Shown: in pieces, positions 61,001 through 64,000 of the stretch
Layout: each line of letters starts with the position of its first letter
Position numbering within the stretch: the stretch's first letter is position 1
Assembly: GCA_002269645.1 (NCBI GenBank)
Contig: NIVC01001512.1
Coordinates: 124,001 to 188,000, forward strand
Reading direction: 5' to 3'
Length of the DNA stretch: 64,000 bases
From: Macrostomum lignano
Taxonomy: Eukaryota
Notes under the pieces: model-generated
The model's database searches: none
What the model saw: only the letters and a program-made list of their open reading frames with translations
What the model was told of the DNA's origin: nothing
Position numbers and translations under genes: made by a program

Positions 61001-63012
61001 TGTTTATACAAAATAGCAAACATCATTTTCAACAGCCATTTGTGTTTTCAATAGAGAAATAGAATTGCAAAGAACTCACGGCCTAAACCTCTTTTAAGAC
61101 TTGACAAAAACGGACTAGCAGACTTAAAACGGCAAATATTAAATTACATATTGCATAGCAACACACTCATTCAATCTTTTTTCATCTTCATCAAACGTGC
61201 GCTCTTTCAGTCCCGTTGCGGGAGCCTTTATTTCAAGGTCTCCAATTATTAGTTATATTGAACGCATAAAGCTCAATTGATAAACAATGAGACTCAATCT
61301 CACTTGCCATCAGACAGGCTAGCACTTCAGACCAATAATGGCCATATCGAATCAATAATTACATGCTGCCAGTGGCATGTACACGCTTGCTTTTCAGCAG
61401 CATTTTCAGTGGCATTTCATCAAATTGTTTTTTTCTCAATCTGGCCTTTGTTCTTTTCATTTATGCCACTTGTTATTAAACAACACATTATTTACATTGC
61501 CTGTGTTGTGTGATTAAGCAATGCATTTCTTGGCCAGAATTTCAAATGCACACATTATTTGTGCGGGACAGAGCACTTTTAACAGCATCAAGTCGATCTT
61601 TATCGACTGAAACACAAAAGAACATATTAAGCAGCCAAGCAATAATATTCGATAAGTCGCTTGAGCCGCTGTCATAAGTGTCTAGGCCGTGTATTATTAT
61701 TTTTTTATGATTTATCAGTTACTAGCTACTAGTAGAATAGCCGTTCAGAATGAAAGTTTGCTAAAAATATACATTTGCTTTTCGATACATATTGCCTAAA
61801 TATTTTTTTCGATACATATCGCCTAAATATATTTATTTTTTGATACCTATCGTCTAAATATATATTTTTCGATACATATCGCCTAAATATACTTTGAATT
61901 ACTATCTAGCGGCATTTCAAAATGCAGGTAGATGCACATATGATGTAAATAAAGCAAATAAATAGAAATGCATAGGCAGACCAGTTTCTCCAGTTTAGGG
62001 CACATGCCCTTCAAAGCGGTGCAGGTGTCCGAGAATCGCACGCTAACTGGGTTATTCTCTAGCCGGATTGAGCGCAACTCTTGGCAAGCCCGAAGTGAGC
62101 TCAAATCTTCCACTGTGCGCAAACGATTAGCGCGCAAGTCTACGGTGGTTAGAAAGGGCGCCAGGCGCTCCAGAAGAGGCGCGAATGGAGTGAGACTGTC
62201 CAGCTGATTCTCGGACAGGTTGAGCACAGCCAGCTCAAGATTTGGTATCTGGCTAAGCAGTTCCAACACGGCGGTGACAACGTTCGGCTTGTTGAGCGGC
62301 AGGTACAGGCCGGAGCCGGCCAGCTCCGTGTCCGATTTCAGCGAGCTGAGGTCCAGCGCTTTGGTCACCTGAGAATGGAGTTTTATTTCATACTTAATCG
62401 GTAATAGTGTCTACGGTCATTTAATCTGAGCAGGGAGTAGTGTGTGGTAGACTAAGTTGAGTATCTGACAGATTCTGGTAGTCTAAGTTGTGTATATCAT
62501 GTAGTGTCTGGTAGCTTTATCTACTCGAAAGTTGATTATTGGGTAGAGTGGCTGGTAGCCAAGTAGATTTTTTGGGTAGAGTGGCTGGTAGCCAAGTAGA
62601 TTATTGGGTAGACCCGGTAGAGTGGCTGGTAGCCAAGTAGATTATTGGGTAGAGTGGCTGGTAGCCAAGTAGATTATTGGGTAGAGTGGCTGGTAGCCAA
62701 GTAGACAGTCACCTGTAAGTAGCGCCGACTAAGCGACTGCCGCAGCGCCTGTTTGGCCTCGTCGTCCAGCACGGGTACAACGGGCTCGCGCACCTCAGTG
62801 ACATTGATCATGAGCTTCTGCCCATCTGGACAGGCGATCTTGCTAGCCACTTTGCTGTACTCCAAAGCGGTAGATTTCTTCTCCTTAACGTAAAAAAAGC
62901 AATTGCGCTGCTCCGTGCGCCACATGAACGGAATAAAACTACGACTGAGATGCGCCTGCAGCGACTCCAATAGCCAGGCTCGATCGTATTTCACTCCGAA
63001 TACCACCGTGAC
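58068..63012 (-). CDS. NXF1: Nuclear RNA export factor NXF1/TAP family, 5'-partial; exons 62713-63012 (RBD), 61982-62368 (LRR), 60715-60797 (5' boundary uncertain), 59020-59497 (NTF2-like), 58068-58316 (TAP-C/UBA)
   Basis: FGVKYDRAWLL, LNLSENQL..L, YYSILDSGERSRLLPYY, LRTFSRTLVLVP, FAAKSGMNAEFSRQCLNEFGWDF...GKIPPEAF; phase-compatible GT-AG junctions. Orthologue versus paralogue not resolved. Confidence 0.9.
58520..58990. repeat. Degenerate ~26-bp intronic minisatellite (GAACATAAAGTTTGGGGAATTCTTAT)
   Basis: Directly visible. Confidence 0.8.
59670..60630. repeat. 39/42-bp intronic minisatellite, ~24 copies
   Basis: ATGTACATGTCTATAGACACTGTCATAGATATCTGAACA reiterated; the 306-aa ORF is an artefact. 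Confidence 0.95.
61778..61892. repeat. ~29-bp AT-rich tandem repeat, ~4 copies
   Basis: TTTTTCGATACATATCGCCTAAATATA reiterated. Confidence 0.8.
62534..62703. repeat. 32-bp intronic minisatellite, ~5 copies
   Basis: GATTATTGGGTAGAGTGGCTGGTAGCCAAGTA reiterated up to the exon donor. Confidence 0.9.
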
Positions 63013-63629
63013 CTGGGGATTAAGAGAAAAGTTTATGGATATTTTTTAGCATTTATAGCAGTGAGTTAGGCAGTGATTATCAGTTTAGATCAATGTCATC
63101 TATCAATTTTTTAAACGGACTATTAATGGGGGCACATATAATAGAATAACTAGATGGGCCACTCAGGCATAAATACTTAGCAAAACAGCTTTCTACTTTC
63201 AGTTCAGTAGCAATGAAGAATACATAAGCTATTTTATGAAAATAAAGGCAGCTGAGATGACTTTGATAAGTTTAGAAGCCCAAGCTTGCAGACGCAAACA
63301 GCTTGCTAATCGGTTGAGCCATAATGTACATTGGCCACTGAAATGTACAAGGCAAGGCTGGAACAACCGAGGAAGGTAATAAAAATTGGGTGGCGGGGCA
63401 GGGGTAGAGAGGTTCGGTATGGAGTTTGAGGGTTTAAGCTTGGGGGGGGGGTAAAAGCCAATAAAAATAAACCTTTTTAATGTAAAAAATAAAATATACA
63501 TTAAAATGCTTCAGTTAACCTTATTACTGAACTGAAAGTAGCTTACATGCAAATGTGCTGAGTGGCCTATCTAGTTATTTTAGTATTTGTGATGGATGGG
63601 GTGGATTTTATTAATAAGCTACTGTAGAG

Positions 63630-63882
63630 CAGGGGTCGGCAAACTTTTTTTACCGCAAGGGTACACGAGGGAGAGAGGAGAGGGAATAGAGAAGAGAGAT
63701 AGAAGAAAGAAGGTAAGGAATAAAGGAGACGAGAGGAGGATAGGGAGGAGAAGGGAGCTGAGAAGACACAAACCCTGAGCGGGCCGGATTGCTATTGTGA
63801 AGTTTCAAAGGACCCGAGGGCCGGATAAGAGAGGCTTTGCGGTTCGCATGTGGTTTGCGGGCCTGAGTTTGCCAACCCAATG
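63630..63882 (+). mobile_element. hAT (Charlie-like) MITE
   Basis: Ends CAGGGGTCGGCAAAC / GTTTGCCAACCCAATG; family core. Confidence 0.75.
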
Positions 63883-63899
63883 TCGCTAGAGTGATGAGA

Positions 63900-64000
63900 T
63901 GAGCACGCGCACCCAGGGTCTCACCGTCAGGCATGTACACACTCTGAATCATGGGGATTAGCTCTTTTCTCATGCAAGGGTTTTAGCTGGTGGGTAAAAT
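63900..64000 (-). mobile_element. Probable partial SINE of the 7490/56325 family
   Basis: CGTCAGGCATGTACACACTCTG matches the shared body motif; the head would lie at or beyond the window end. Confidence 0.4.

Noticed and set aside
63650-63973. Upstream NXF1 exon
   Set aside because: The sequence consists of a hAT MITE and a SINE-family motif; no NXF similarity.

Overview
Eukaryotic (metazoan, probably invertebrate) genomic DNA: repeat-rich, with GT-AG introns. I found no prokaryotic genes, rRNA or CRISPR array. Conserved genes, both on the minus strand: a complete 7-exon HMCES (SRAP abasic-site protein, 51032-56161) and the 3' five exons of an NXF1/TAP mRNA-export factor (58068-63012; its 5' end lies outside the window). 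6.4-31.2 kb holds a cluster of duplicated ORFs I do not recognise, predicted to encode mostly disordered proteins. These are a pair of ~110-140 aa ORFs, a pair of 64/95 aa micro-ORFs inside a diverged tandem duplication, and two 3-exon paralogues with identical intron phases and a C-terminal LRxLCxSCxC motif; one of the latter carries ~43 in-frame 57-bp repeats. 32769-49417 is a head-to-tail trimer of a non-autonomous Helentron/HINE-like element (11-bp subterminal inverted repeats, 3' hairpin plus CTAG). Its central ~51-bp satellite monomer itself reads as GC hairpin + 7 nt + CTAG, like a Helitron terminator, and each unit also carries a tRNA-like Pol III promoter. Other mobile DNA: a deleted Gypsy-like LTR element with a doubled tRNA-Leu PBS, a 5'-truncated RNase H-containing LINE with a 13-bp TSD, hAT and Mutator-like MITEs (some nested), tRNA-derived SINEs and many minisatellites. 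All calls come from reading the sequence by eye; no database search was run.
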